Shown: piece after piece, positions 45,969-59,925 of the stretch
Layout: each line of letters starts with the position of its first letter
How positions within the stretch are numbered: position 1 is the first letter of the stretch
DNA from: Azolla caroliniana
Lineage: Eukaryota > Plantae > Polypodiophyta
DNA length: 64,000 nucleotides
Assembly: GCA_043228905.1 (NCBI GenBank)
Contig: JBHGNT010000011.1
Location: forward strand, 6,572,001 to 6,636,000
Reading direction: 5' to 3'
Made by a program: the position numbers and the translations under genes
Notes under the pieces: generated by a model
The model's input: the letters and a program-made list of their open reading frames with translations, nothing else
What the model was told of the DNA's origin: nothing
Database searches by the model: none

Positions 45969-46679
45969 TGTTTTCGTGGCGAAATACGGCCTTAACGAGA
46001 AATAAAGCTGGATGCATGTGTATAGACAAACTTAGTGTCTCGGTTTGGACACATGTAAATAATGAAGGACTAACAAGCGCTAGGAACGAGGATTTAATAG
46101 TTACTTTAAGTGTTCGCACGGATTAAGTGGGATATGGGAATGACGTGGGGAGATCGAGGAGAATCTCGGTCTGAAGTGGTAGCTTAACTATTTAATGTAA
46201 CAACCCTCTCCCTCCTTGGTCTATAAAAGGAGGTGGAGAGGACTGAGGCAGGGATCGCACATTTAGGGAGAACGAAATGTTGCGGACTGGGAACCAAGCA
46301 CCTATTCTCTGTATTCTCTGCATTCTTTTTTGTCTCTTTGTTTCCTCTTAGGTCGGGTGCCTCTGCTTGCGTAGGAAGCCCATGTGCTCCCGACAGAGGA
46401 TCCACATTGTAATTCGGTGATTGGTGTGCGTGGGTTGCTCGCTGAGATCGTAGCTCGGCTACCGGCCTAGCCGGTTGTAACTTCTCTACCTTCTAATTGA
46501 AATGTTGGTATGCGTTTCTTGTTGATCATCTAGCGTGTTACTCCGATCCCGACCAAGCCGGTTGTGCCTTGTGCATCTTGACACCTAACGCCCTTCGCAC
46601 CCTTCGTCTATCTTATTCTTCTTCTTCTTGAACTCTTCGGTCTGAGGCTCCCTGTGGTCTCGCCTAGCTTCACACACCC

Positions 46680-48784
46680 ATGCGTAGTTACACGACATTA
46701 TTTGGTGAACCCAACGTGAAGTGGGCGGCAGGGGAGTTGAAGATGAGGGGAAGTGAGCTCGCCGAAGCCATGGATTTAGGTGTCGACCGCCTAGTGAGTG
46801 CTCGTGAGGGCACGGGTGCCCTGTATAGGGCCATTGAATCGATTGCTGGCACAATCGAACGATTTGGTGGCAAGAACACGACAAGTTATCTTGAGGCCTA
46901 CCGGGCGGAGATGATAATGAGGGACATCCCGGAGGACAAGCGATTGTGCAGATTCCCTTGGGTGGTATCGGCGAGCATTCACGCAAAGGTGCTCGAGGTA
47001 CAGGCTGGTTGCCGAAACTAGGAGGACTTCTAACGTGGGCTCCTCAAGAGATACGGGTTTGATGACTCATTTCGGCTGTTGAAGCGGGAGTTCATGGAGT
47101 GGGTCAAGAGTCCCAGAAAGGGGAGGAACACATTGGTGCTCCTCCAAGAGTTCAAAAAACGGTTGACTCGGATTTCGACACTAGACCGGACTGTGCTCAA
47201 TACGAGCTGAGTCCTACTCTTCATCAAATCGGTGGACGTACTTGATAGGGAGAAGGTGGGTCTCGTATTGGAGACAGATGAAGGGCTCACAGCTGATTGG
47301 GCCGTGGTTAAACGGGTCTGTGGCCGTTTCAACAAACGGCGTGAGTGGAGTGACGCGGGTCCGTCGACCATGGGGAAGAGGCTAGAAGAACCAATTTCGG
47401 CTAGGACGGAAGAGACGCGAAGATGGATTGAGTTTGGGTCGGTTCTGACCGACACGGTCAAGGGCAAGATGGTACACAACCTCCAGATCGCGCAAGCGTG
47501 GAGGGATAGTGGGGGACAATTGCATGACTGCAGGCCTCCGGTTAACCAACGATGCATGTGGTGTGATGCGATAGGCCACGTCTGGAGAAAGTGCGCGGAT
47601 TTCGCCGAGGCGCTCAGGAGGAACGGGTGGGTGCATGCATGTGAGACCCAGAAACTCCTGGGATTGAGCGGTTAATGGAAGAAGCCACGGCGAGACATGC
47701 CGAGGCTATCCATTATTCAGCGTCGGTTGGCATCCAGGTTGGAGGTGATGGCTGCCAGAAGGCAAAGGATTCCGGTTTCTGGTTGTCGGTGCTCGAAGGT
47801 CTCACTGGCATAAGGCTAAGGAGGGAGGAAGCGGACCGTACAAAAAGGCAGGTCCGAGAGGTCACCGGATGGGATGATTCGGTCGAAGAAAAGACAAGGT
47901 TTGTAGAAGCCGCGTGCCAGAACTACGAGGTTCTGGTGGAGGATAAGCGAGTAGGGAAGGGTGGAGGAGCTGGACCCGCCAATCAATATGAGATGTGGAG
48001 CGCTCCAAAGAAGAACGACATGGAGGGGTCCAACGCACAGGCAAGGTCGAGGCCAACTGCTTATCGGCTGGGCATGGAAATAGAAAGAGCGACGGACTTG
48101 CAAAATGTCCTTGAAGAACAGATCCTTCATAGCTGGGTGGAGCTAACATTGAGGGAAGTACTAGGGATCACCAAGGAGTTCCACGACTCCATCATGGACT
48201 TGGTGAAGCGCAAGAGGCTTGTGACAGAGCCAGAGCCAGAGAAGCTAGTGGAGGTATGAACGACGCACTTGGATGACGCAATCGTAGAAGATGAAGTGGA
48301 AGAGAGCCACAATTTGAAGCCGCATTGGGCAAGGGCAACTACAGAGACTCTCGTTCGGATTGGGAACGTTTAGGAACTAGTGGTGGCACTAATAGACCAT
48401 GGATCCGAAATCAAGGTAATGTCCATGGATTTCTACAAGAAGGGGAAATGGCCGATCAATACTAGGCACGGCTAGAGAATACGCGCGGCCACACATGCTA
48501 CGGAGGAACTACATGGGGCGTGCCCGAATGTACATGTAAAGATCGGCGATGTCGAGATTGATCAGCTGTTTTTCGGGTAGGAGACCTCTTCACACCCGGT
48601 GATTCTCGGCGAACCATACATTATGGCGGCCTGTATGGAGACCACGGTGTTGGACAACTGTTCGGCGTACGCATAGGTGAAAGGCCAAGACGGGCGTCAC
48701 TCTGTCCAATTTTTGATGGTGCGACCAAACCTCAAGCGTAACCGCGAATCTTTTGGCAGCGATGGCTGAGAGGATTTTTTTAAA
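46680..48784 (+). pseudogene. gag-protease of I
   Basis: CMWCDAIGHVWRKC knuckle; protease ALIDHGSEI near 48385. Confidence 0.78.
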
Positions 48785-49073
48785 GAGGGCTATCAAGGCG
48801 TGGGGCCGCGGTAGTTCAGAAACCTCGGAGAAACCCCACACATGTGCCATAGGTAGGAAGTTTTGGTTCTTTGACAATAGAGGTTGTACTATAACCGGCA
48901 TCAGTGGCCGGGAAAAGAGGCAGGTCGAAGAGCGCTTAAGGCATGCAGTGCCCTTAGCTATGACGACGAGATTAGTAGTGTCGTGCAGGTGGTCTCATTA
49001 ACGACACCCTTGGAGAGATCGGGAGGGTAGCCGATGAAGGCCTAAGCGAAGATCGGGTAATTCCGGTAAGTTC

Positions 49074-51522
49074 GTGGAAAATTACGAAGTCATTGCGAAC
49101 TTTGGAGAGATGATCGGGTCGGGGAAGACGACCCAAGTTGATACCAAAGACAAGGTTGTGGACCAGAAGGTGAGGCCAGTCGTGGCTCCCTTGCCGAAGG
49201 GCAACGAAGAGCAGATGAAAGGGGTTGTGTCAGACCTGAGCTTGCAGAATCCGACCGGCATAGGGCACCGGTTCACCGACGAGACACTACAATAGCTGAA
49301 AATCGGTGGGGGTGGCTTCCTATTGCCGGCGGAAGAGGATCAGTTTCGGAGGATGCTTGAAAGGCACGGGAAAGCCTTTGCATTCTTGTCGGAGGAGATC
49401 GGATGCGTCGACTCGACGATCGTAGAACAAATTGTTATCTTCACAGTACCACATGTGTCGTGGAACCTCAAGCCGATCCCGGTGCCGAGAGCTCACATGC
49501 CGAAGCTGATGGAGTTGCTGAAGCAGAAGGTGGAGATGGGCATCCTCGAGCTGTCAAGTGCCCTATATTCAAATCGGTGGTTTACGATGCCGAAGAAGAA
49601 CGACACCTTGCGCTTCATTCAGGACCTGCAGCTGGTCAATAAAGTGCCCATTCGGAACGTAGGGATCGGGCCGACTATTGATGAGTTTGTGAAGGTCTTT
49701 GCCAGAAGGTCGATCTGTTCGGTCGGTGACTTGTACTCGGGGTACGATCAGTTCCAACTAGCCGTAGAGAGGAGGGATATCACGACGATGCGGACCCCTC
49801 TCGGCTTTGTGCGGATGTGTACCCTACCGCAAGGAGGGACCAACTCGGTATCGCACATGGTGAACGCGATGAACAAGGTACTGAGGGACTGCATCCCGAC
49901 ATCACCATGATGTTTTTGGATGACATCCCGATCAAGGGATGTCTGGTGGAGGAGAAGGATGAATCGGTCGGACCGGGCGGATGCTGGAGGTTTGTGGCCG
50001 ATCATATCAACGACTGTGAGAAAGTACTACAGAGGCTCGAGGATGCTCAACTCACCTTACCCGGAGAAAAGTCGGCTTTCGGGCAATCCAAAATCTTGGT
50101 GGTTGGCCAGTTGTGGAGGCCATACAGCTGGAAACCGGCTTCGATGAAGGTAGAATTTGTCTCCGGCGAAGGTAGAATCTGTCTCCACGATGAAGGGAGA
50201 ATGCAAGTCACACATGGAAGTGTAGAGGTTCCTAGGAGCCTGTGCGTTTTACCACATTTGGATTCCGCATTACGCACATGTCGCGGAGCCGCTCTACGGA
50301 CTACTGAAGAAGGGCCGTAAGTTTGAATGGAAAGACGAACACGCGGAATCAGTCCGAAAGCTAAAGGAGGCAGTAACAACGGTAACCCTCAGGAAGGCGG
50401 TCTACAGGAAAGGTACCCCGGTTTACGTGATAGTGGACACGAGTTTGACCGGAATCGCATGGGTACTCAAGCTGAAAGATGCGGACGACACGAGGTTCCC
50501 CATCCGATTCGAAGCGAAAGTATTGAGTGAGCGGCAGCGAGGATATGCCCAAGTGAAACGCGAACTTTGGGGTATCGTTTCGGCGGTTAAGGGTGACAAG
50601 GACTATTAGATCGGGGCAGAAGTAGTAATTGAAACGGTTTGCCTACCAATCCTCGATATGGTTTTCGGATGCTCGACTCCGGACTTGGTTATGCTCAGGT
50701 GGATCGTGTACATCAAGTCCCTAAACCCGGAGATTTGACACATCTCCGGTAAAGACAATGCCATGGCCGATATGCTTTCAAGAGCGTGGTTTGATGATGA
50801 GGGCGACATAGTTTCAGAAGACGAAGAAGTCGGCGTGGACTTCTTCGAGTCAACTCAAGTATCGGCGAGGGAAGATAACACTCCGGCACATAAACAAGTT
50901 CAACGAGAATGAGTACGAAGGGGAGTGGCTCCGGTTAGGCGGATTCTTGAGGACATTGATGGCGGATACGGCATGGACGAAGGATCCGGAAGAAGGTGTA
51001 TCGGTTCTTCTTGCAGAATGGGAGTATATGGAGGCATCCGAAGAAGTGTCATGGCACTCCGCTCCGCTTAGTAATAAGAAGGGAAGAGCAGAAGGCGCTG
51101 TTGTCAGCACACCATGAGAGACCTTGGGCCAGACACTGTGGAACATTGGCCACGTTCGAGAAGCTGACAGGAAAATATTGGTGGCTAGGAATGTACCATG
51201 ACACGCATCAATTCGTGACGACCTGGGAAAGCTGCCAAATGCATTATGGGCTCCAACACAGAGACGAGCTACACCCGACCCACCTGCCATCCGTCCATTT
51301 CAAGTGGATGGCGGATCTAGTGACAATGCCGGTGGGAGTGAGGCAAATGCGGTACCTGGTGCTTGCGTGAGAGGACCTGACAAACTAGGTGGAGGGTTGT
51401 GTATTGCAGAACAAAATGACCGCAATTGTATGCCAATTTCTAATCGAAGAGGTGGATTTCCGATATGAATGCATGGAGAAGATCATGGCCGACCGGAGAG
51501 AGCTGGACGCGCAAGAGGCCAA
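49074..51522 (+). pseudogene. pol: RT-RNase H-integrase of I
   Basis: DLYSGYDQ, LPQGGTNSV, FLDD, VDTS, KRELWG, ADMLSR, H...H/SCQ, KWMADLV. Confidence 0.85.
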
Positions 51523-52131
51523 TGTTGTCACCGGGCTGGACAAGCCGCTAACACAAGGTTTCCCTTTAGAACACTTCACCAAAGGGGTGGTACGGTAAGG
51601 AATGTGCAGACTGTGATACAAGACCAATCCTTCCTGGTCACTATCTGAAATGATTAACTTGATACCCGCGTATGATAATCACATTAAAGGCAGAATGGTA
51701 TTAACAAGATACATAATATGTAAAGACACAACGCTTCTCTATTAATTATCCATCATCAATTTCATCATCTCTGGATCCTTTTATAGGTATCCGGTTGTGC
51801 TACAAACTGGTGCCAACTGGCAACCGGCTACGAATTGGTCCACATTCGGATTGGCATACTGATTCCGGGTCCGTCTGTCCGATCTTATAATTATCATAAC
51901 AATCTGATAATTATCATAATGATCTTATAATTATCATAATTTATTTAATTACAACTCCCATAACCGACTCCCCTTTCATACTCTAGCCTAGCCGGCCAAC
52001 ACATGGCACGCCCGTGGGACAATACATTCTACGTCGAACCCATGGTTAGCCCCTTCATTCATCCTCCAAAATGTCCAGAATGCTCTAGTCCAGGGGCTCC
52101 AACGGTTCATCGGGTAGTTGCTCCATCGGCT

Positions 52132-55100
52132 TGTTAGAAACCAGGTCCCTCCAGATGGGAAGACCCGGTGAGAACCGAATGAGGAGTACCTGGCGAGAGC
52201 CGGATGGTGAAGACCCGGTGAGAGCCGGATGACAAGTACCCGACAAGCGCCGGATGAGTGCTCACCGGATGAAGGGACATATTCATAAATATGTTTCCTA
52301 AGAGTCCATCGGGGCTATATTTGTAAATAGCCGAAAAGTCATATTAGTATAAATATGACTTACGACAAACTTATAACGTGGTTGTTGTCATTCTTGTTGG
52401 CGCAAGATTAGAACACGTAACTATGTACAAAGAGAGTGAGAGAGAGGAAGAGGTCGTTGCCTCTGTTGTAACCGCTGCTTGTGGTGAAGATAGAAAGCTC
52501 GAGGTCGTTGCTTCGGTGCTATACCATTTGTACATTCTGACATAGTGATAGTTTGTAGTTTGTGGGCTGCCGTGGTTTTTCCCTAGTTTGGGTTTTCCAC
52601 GTTAACATCCTGTGTTCTCTTCTCTTCTCTGTGTTGTGCGTTTCATTATCTGTTTTTCTGTGTTCGATCCTAGACTCGGTTGTGGCCGAGTGTTGCGCAT
52701 AGGAGCGTGTAGTTCCTGTCAAAGTGGTATCAGAGCGAAACGACACAGAAAATGGACGAATTGTTGGGCGGCATGTTCAAGCTCACCGGCTCCAACTATT
52801 CAGTGTGGAAGTCAAAGATGAGGGACATGCTTGTGGTTAAAGATCTTTCGTTGCCGGTTCAGTTCGGGGACAAGAGACCGGACAAAATCGACGCCACGAT
52901 ATGGGAGGTGATGCACATGAAGACAACGACGTACATACGGTGCTTCATCGACATGAGCCTATACAACAACTTCAATGAAGAGAGCAAGGCTCATGAGCTC
53001 TAGGAGAAGATCGGCATTATGTTTCAGAACAAAAATGCTGTCAATTAGGTTTCGGTATTCTGGAAGCTAGTAAGACTCCGGTACCAAGATGGCTCCAGCA
53101 TGGCGGAGCACATGAATGCATTCCAGGGGCTGATACACCAGGCAACATCATTGGAAGTACCTCTCGCCGATGAGGTACTAGCGCTACTCCTGCTCGGTTC
53201 CCTTCCGGATAGCTGGGAGACGTTGGTTGTCACCTTGGGCAACGCCGGGCCGGAAGGGAAACGGTTATCCCTAGCAAGAGTGAAGTCAAGCTTGCTAGAT
53301 GAGGAGGCGCATTGGAAAGATAAGGATATGCGCTCCGACTCCAAAGCACTCCTTACCGAATCCGAACGCAGAAGACAAAGAAACCGTAGTCCCCAGAACC
53401 GGGAAAAGTCGGGACACGGTCAAAGTCAAGGGGGAGGCCTACTTGCTTCTATTGCGGCAAGCCGGGACACTTCCAGAAGAATTGTCGGCATTTCCGGAAA
53501 GACAAGGAAACCGATGGTACCGATTCAAAACGGACACCAGACCGGAACGGTAAAGACCGGAAGGGAACGATGACAATCACGGCAAGTGAAGAAGAGTTGA
53601 TGCTCATCACCGAGGAGAGTGAGATAAACCTTGCCGACGACGAGATGACCTGGGTGGTCGACTCCGGAGCGTCGTTCCACCTTACCTCGGACCGGAAATG
53701 CTTCTCATCCTACTCAGCCGGTGATCACGGCTGTGTATGGATGGGGAATGAAGGTACATGCCGAATTGTCGGCATAGGAGATGTGTGGTTGGCGACACCA
53801 ACCGGATGCAAGCTGCTGCTGAAGGATGTCCGACACGTTTTGGAGGTTCATCTGAACCTGATATCAGTTGGTCGGCTAGATGATGAAGGGTACACGGGTA
53901 GCATCCGGAACGGTGTTATGAAGTTCAGCAAAGGGAGCTTGATTGTGGCTCGAGCCCGGAAGGTAAACACACTGTACCTGATGAATGCCTGGTTATGTCC
54001 GGTGGAAGTGAACGTGGCATTCATCACTACCGGTGAGCTGTGGCACAAAAGGCTGTGTCACATGAGCGAGAAGGGGATGAAGAGGCTTGCAGACGACAAC
54101 CTCATTCCAGTGAAGAACGTGCACTTGGAGAAGTGCACTGATTGCCTGGTCGGTAAACAAAACCGGACCTCCTTCCCACCAAGGCCACCGATGAGACGTA
54201 ATGCACCACTGGAGTTGGTGCATATTGATGTGTGTCAAGTGGACACAAAGTCACATTCAGGATTGCAGTACTTCGTGACGTTCATAGATGACCACAGTCG
54301 GAAGCTGTGGGCCACACCGTTGAAGAAAAAGAATCAGGTTCTATCCGTCTTCAAAGAGCTCTACGCGAGAGTGGAAAGAGAAACCGGCCGGAAGCTGAAG
54401 GCGGTTCGAGCAGATAACGGAGGTGAATACCGGGGGCAGTTCGAGGAGTATTGTTGCTCGAAGGGAATCCGGCTCGAATTTACCGTGCCGAAGATGCAAG
54501 AATTAAACGGTTTGGCCGAGAGGATGAACTGGACCATAATGGAGAGGGTCCGGAGTATGCTGGCGCATGCAAAACTACCCAAGAAGTTTTGGGCTGAGGC
54601 ACTGTCGACGGCGACATATGTCATAAACAGATCACCCTCAGTACCCTTGGACGGAGACACGCCAATGAGAGTCTGGACTGGTAAGGAAGTGTTCTACCGG
54701 CATTTGAAGGTATTCGGGTGTCTCGCGTACGTGCATGTAGCTAAGGACCGGAGAGGAAAGTTAGATCCAAAGACCCGGCCATGCATATTCCTCGGTTACG
54801 GCGACGATGAGTTCAGCTACCGAGTGTGGGACCCGGTCGACAAGAAGGTATTCCGGAGTCGAGATGTTATCTTCATGGAGGACAAGACGCTCACCGACTA
54901 GGAGTCGGAGAAGAAGATAATGAACTCCGAGTCGACCGGTAAGGACCGATTCTACGATGAGCTGACCCAACCGGCAAGAGACCGGTTAGCACTCGAGGAA
55001 CCTGCCGGTTACGGTGAGGACACCAAACCGGCAGAAGAAGAAGTAGAGGAAGCTGAAACCGGAACCGGCCAAGACCCCGAATCGGAGTTGGATGAAGAGC

Positions 55101-57417
55101 AAATGGAGGATCCGGTTACCGAAGCCCAAAGACGGAGATATCCTCTTAGAGAGAGAAGGCCCCCCCGGAGATTTCTGGATGCTTAGCATGTGCTGCTGAC
55201 CGATGATGGGGAACCAGAAAGCTTCGAGGAAGCTCAAAAGTGACACCCATAGCCGAAAATGGTTAAGTGCCATGCAGGATGAGATGGATTCCCTGCATGA
55301 GAACCATACATATGAATTGATGGAGTTGCCAAAAGGAAAGAGGGCACTCCGAAACAAGTGGGTGTACAAATTGAAACCGGGAGATGTCGGCAACCCCTCG
55401 AGATACAAAGCCAGGATCGTGGTGAAGGGGTTCCATCAGAAGAAGGGTGTGGACTTCAACGAGATATTTTCCCCGGTAGTATAGCGGCAAGCATGGACCT
55501 CGAGGTAGAGAAGCTGGACGTGAAGATGACATTCCTTCACGGTGACCTCGAAGAGGAGATCTACATGCAGCAACCGGAAGGATTCGTGGAGAAAGGGAAG
55601 GAGCACCTGGTATGCCGGTTGAAGAAGAGCCTGTACGGACTGAAGTAGGCTCCCCGACAATGGTACTGGAAGTTCGACTCCTTCATGACTGATCAAGGGT
55701 ACCACAAGACGCAGTCCGATCACTGCGTGTTTGTGAAGAAGTTAGAAGGAGGCGACTTCCTGATACTCCTTTTGTACGTGGATGACATGTTGATCTTCGG
55801 ACGAGACCAAGCCAAAATACGGATGCTGAAGAAGGCTCTCAACCGAACTTTCACAATGAAAGACTTGGGTCCGGCAAGACAGATGCTGGGGATGCATATC
55901 ATCCGGAACCGGCGAATGAAGCAATTGTGGTTATCATAGGAGAAGTACGTGACAAAGGTGCTTCAGCGGTTCAACATGTCATATGCGAAACCGGTCGGAT
56001 CGACACTTCTGGCAAACTGTAGGTTATCCGGTAAGCAAAGCCCGAAGACGAAAGCAGAGAAGGCGGATATGATGAAGGTTCCATATGCCTCTGCCGTGGG
56101 GAGCTTAATGTACGCAATGGTGTGTACCCGACCGGATATAGGATACGCAGTCAGAGTGGTGAGCCGGTTTATGAGCAATCCCGGCAAGGAGCACTGGAAC
56201 GCGGTCAAATGGATACTCCGGTACTTGAAGGGCATTTCAAATATGTGTCTCCGATTCGGCTCCGGAAAACCTCAACTTGACGGTTTTACCGATTCAGACA
56301 TGTCAGCTGATGTGGATACCAGCCGGTCTACATCCGGGTATGTAATGACATGCAGGGGGAGCTATTTCGTGGCAATCGAGGCTGCAGAAGACGATTGTGT
56401 TGTGAACCACGGATGCGGAGTACATGGCGGCTGTGGAAGCCGGCAAGGAGATACTATGGATGAAGGACTTCATCGGAGAGCTCGGTATCCGGCAAGATGA
56501 ATACCGACTCTATTGCGACAGTCAAAGTGCCATCCACCTTGCTAAGAATGCGGCCTAGCATTCCCGGACGAAGCATATCCAACGTAGGTATCACTGGATC
56601 CGGGAAAGGGTAGATGACCAGGAGTTCGCGCTGATGAAGATCCACACGGTCAAGAACGGGTCAGATATGCTGACCAAAGTACTGACACCTGACAAGCTGG
56701 ATGCATGTCGGAAGCGGGTCGGACTACTAAGACATCCCATGCCGGAGTGAAGGGGGAGTTTGTTAGGAAACAGGTCCCTCTAGACGAGAAGACCCAGTGA
56801 GAACCGAATGAGGAGTACCCTGCTACGGAAGACCCGGTGAGAACCGGATGAGGAGTACCCGGCTACGGAAGAACTGGTGAGAACCGGATGAGGAGTACCT
56901 GGCAAGAGCCGGATGGTGAAGACCCGGTGAGAGTCGGATGACAAGTACCCGACAAGCGTCGGATGATGCAGGCCCGGTGAGGAGTGCTCACTGGATGAAG
57001 GGACATATTCATAAATATGTAAATAGCCGAAAAGTCATATTAGTATAAATATGTTTTAGGGCAAACTTATAGCGTGGTTGTTGTCATTCTTGTTGGCGCA
57101 AGATTAGAGCGCGTAACTGTGTACAGAGAGAGTGAGAGAGAGGAAGAGGTCATTCCCTTTGTTGTAACCGCCGCCTGTGGCGAAGATAGAAAGCTCGAGG
57201 TCGTTGCTTCGGTGCTATACCATTTGTACATTCTGACATAGTGATAGTTTGCAGTTTGTGGGCTGCCGTGGTTTTTTCCTAGTTTGGGTTTTCCACGTTA
57301 ACATCCTGTGTTCTCTTCTCTTCTCTGTGTCATGCGTTTCATTTTCCGTTTTTCTGTGCTCGATCCTAGACTCGGTTGTGGCCGAGTGTTGCGCATAGGA
57401 GTGTGTAGTTCCTATCA
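52132..57417 (+). mobile_element. Element G: decayed Copia of the E/F group
   Basis: TSD CGGCT/CGGTT (one mismatch); LTRs 52132-52721 and 56761-57417; PBS-iMet 52725-52736; PPT AAGGGGGAGTT. Confidence 0.93.
52752..56750 (+). pseudogene. Copia gag-pol of G
   Basis: All domains present, with several stops and frameshifts. Confidence 0.93.
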
Positions 57418-57420
57418 CGG

Positions 57421-57447
57421 TTGTTGTTGTTGTTGTTGTTGTTGTTG
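57421..57447. repeat. (TTG)9 microsatellite, read as poly-Gln in the J accessory ORF
   Basis: Seen directly; A has a Q-rich tract at the equivalent place. Confidence 0.85.
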
Positions 57448-59925
57448 GTCTTCGGCCTGCTCTCCGGCTTTATCCGTATCCGGCTGTACTGGTTTCGACG
57501 CTTTTGACTCTGGCTCCTCCGTCCTTGGCTCCTCCTGTTGTTGCACTAGGGCTTTGTCTGCCTCCTCTAGTCAGTCTTCCTCCGGTTGTTCCACTTGGGC
57601 TTCATTTCGCTGGCCTCCTCTGGTCCCGGCTACATTCGGTGGCTTCTCTGGAGATTGCTCTCCATCACTGATGTTAATTGCCGTTGACATTTGCGATGTT
57701 ATCTGCTGTCTTCGCTCCTGTTCGTATCGCTCAAGCTGGAGTTGAGTGCCAAGCTGGTCATCCTCTAGCTATTCTACCAACTGCCTTACAATTGCCAATT
57801 GTTCCCTTGCCAGGGACAAGAAATCGTCCGACAACTCCTCCCAGATGGTTACAATACTCTCTGCATCCATCTTGTAGAAGCTGTCACCGTCCTTTCTCCG
57901 GTTTTCCGCATTCGCTCACAACGTCTGTAATTTCGCCGCCTGTTGTGCCCATTTTGACCACCATTACACTGAGCTTTCACCAATCATACTCTTTGTTCGT
58001 TCTTTCCATGCCAGCAGCATAATGCCGTGGATCTGGCCGAGCCCCATCTTGGATTTTTCCTCCGCAACCTGCTTTTCTTCCTTTAACTTCTTTATCAGAC
58101 CCGCGGTTGCCTGTGCCTGCACCTCATATTCCAGGAATTTAGTTTGATAAGTGGTCTGAACTTTGTTCAGTGCCATCTTTGCTCGTTCCGTCTCCTCATA
58201 ATGTTGTCGGGTGAGCTCCATCCGGTCCCTTGCTGCTTCTTCCAGTGCCTTTGCCATGTCGATCGCCTTGGTCCGTTCTTCTGCCAATGCCTCCGTCACC
58301 CTGTTGACTTCCTTCTGGAGTTCCCCTAGCTTCTCTTGCTGCCGGTCACCTTCTGCCATCAACTTTCTGCGCCGTCACCGGCGTACACAGTTTTGGTCCT
58401 GTCGGCCCCTGACTGACCTGTCTGGCCATGTCTACTTTGGCCTTCTCATTTTCTTCCTCGAGTTCTTCCATTGTGCTCTCTCTTCCGCTTCAATTTGGCT
58501 TACAACCCCGGTCACCTGTTCTCAGATCCATCACAGCCATTGACTATTGATGCCTTGTTGCCTTGCCAGTTCCGGATGTGGTGTTGGCTCTACTCTCGCC
58601 ACAACCCCTGGTTGGATTGTTGTTTCTAGCAGCAACTCCTCTTCTTGTTGTGCCTGTCAACACGGTGAGATTGGTACTTCCCTTGCCGTTACTGGCCGAT
58701 CAGGCTCTGTTCCCTTCGTTGCCTCTGGTTCCTCGGAGTGGGTGTCAGTGTGTTGTCTTTTACCGGTCCCGATTTGTCCCCCCTCTGGTCTGTGTCGTTT
58801 CTCTTCTAACAACGTAGGGGAGTGTCGGCGGGTTCTTCCTCCGACTCCTCCTCTTGGGTCCTCATGTTTATCCCTTGAGCCAAGTTAGGTGACTCTTGCT
58901 CTTGCTGACACAATTTGATTTTAAGAGGCCTAACCGGTCGCTCCACCGTTGCCTTTGTCTCTGTCTACCTCTTCCGATTGGGCTGCTCCTTCTCTTTTTG
59001 TGATGAACCTCCCTTTGTCCAACCGGGCGTGTGCTTGGCAAGGAGTTGCTGCCGCTTCGATGGCTTGTGTGGCGTCGTATCGGCCGTTCGGCCCTGCATC
59101 TTTGCCTTTAATGTCAGCACCGGCGGTACGAGGAGAGTGAGCCATTGAGCCACTACTGTCCACACCTTCTTGCCGTCTACCACCGATTGTATGGTCGCTC
59201 GCAAACAATCAGTGATAATTATGGGCCAATCCACATTTACCCCTTCGTATGATGTGATGATGAAACCTGGCTTTGTTCTTTGGCATTGCCGGGGATCAGG
59301 GGTGCACAAACCCATACTCGTGGAGCACACGAGCTACTTCTCGGAATAGGGAGTCGTTGCCGCCCTGTGTCTGGTACGCTTTGCTAGCCAGGGAATACTC
59401 CCCGAAGAACTTCGTCAACGTCTTTGGGGAAGGATTCTCAATGGAGTAGATCCCTCCTTCTGGCAATCCCATTGAGGGGCGGATGGCCTCCTCCGTAATT
59501 ACTTCTAGGTCGATCTTTTTCGCGACCTTTTCCGCTTCTTCGTGTAGAGGTGCCTCTGCTATCCATAGGAAGCCCTCCAAGACATGTTGCGTGAACCATT
59601 TCTTGGCCGTCTCGGAAAGCGCCATGGGCTCGTGTCCTCTGTTGCGGTGGTGGTGGAGAGCTTTGGTGTGCCTGTGGTGGCTTCTGGCATTCGCCTAATC
59701 ACCTGTATCCGCCTCTGTGTTCACGAAATGAGAGAGACTCTGTTATGCGAAGGTTTTGTGTTCCCATTCTTGTCGCCTTTTCTTGAGTCCCACGCATGCA
59801 CGTCGTGTGCTTTTTTAATAGTGGCTGTGTGCCGCATGGTGGGATTTAAATGCCTTACGTCACACCGTTTCGAGGTGTCCGTTCATTTTTTAATGCCCTA
59901 CATTTTTTTTTTCGTGTCTGGTATT

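Larger units (their letters stand above)
45969..51522 (+). mobile_element. Element I: divergent Gypsy; 5' LTR starts at 45969 (end unresolved); cut by J inside the integrase
   Basis: TG start interrupting the H RNase H; TATAAAA at 46222; gag, PR, RT, RH and INT remnants follow. Confidence 0.8.
52055..59625 (-). pseudogene. Accessory ORF of J, split by G
   Basis: MALSETAKKWFTQHVLEGFL aligns with A TLSEAAKKWLRQHGLEGFL; ends SILDILEDE*. Confidence 0.82.

Noticed and set aside
46251-46550. Self-priming in element I (GGGATCG with CGATCCC)
   Set aside because: Only 7 nt match, and the LTR end cannot be fixed without the 3' LTR.
51881-51945. TTATAATTATCATAA repeats in the J LTR
   Set aside because: Ordinary AT-rich slippage repeat with no second LTR to compare.
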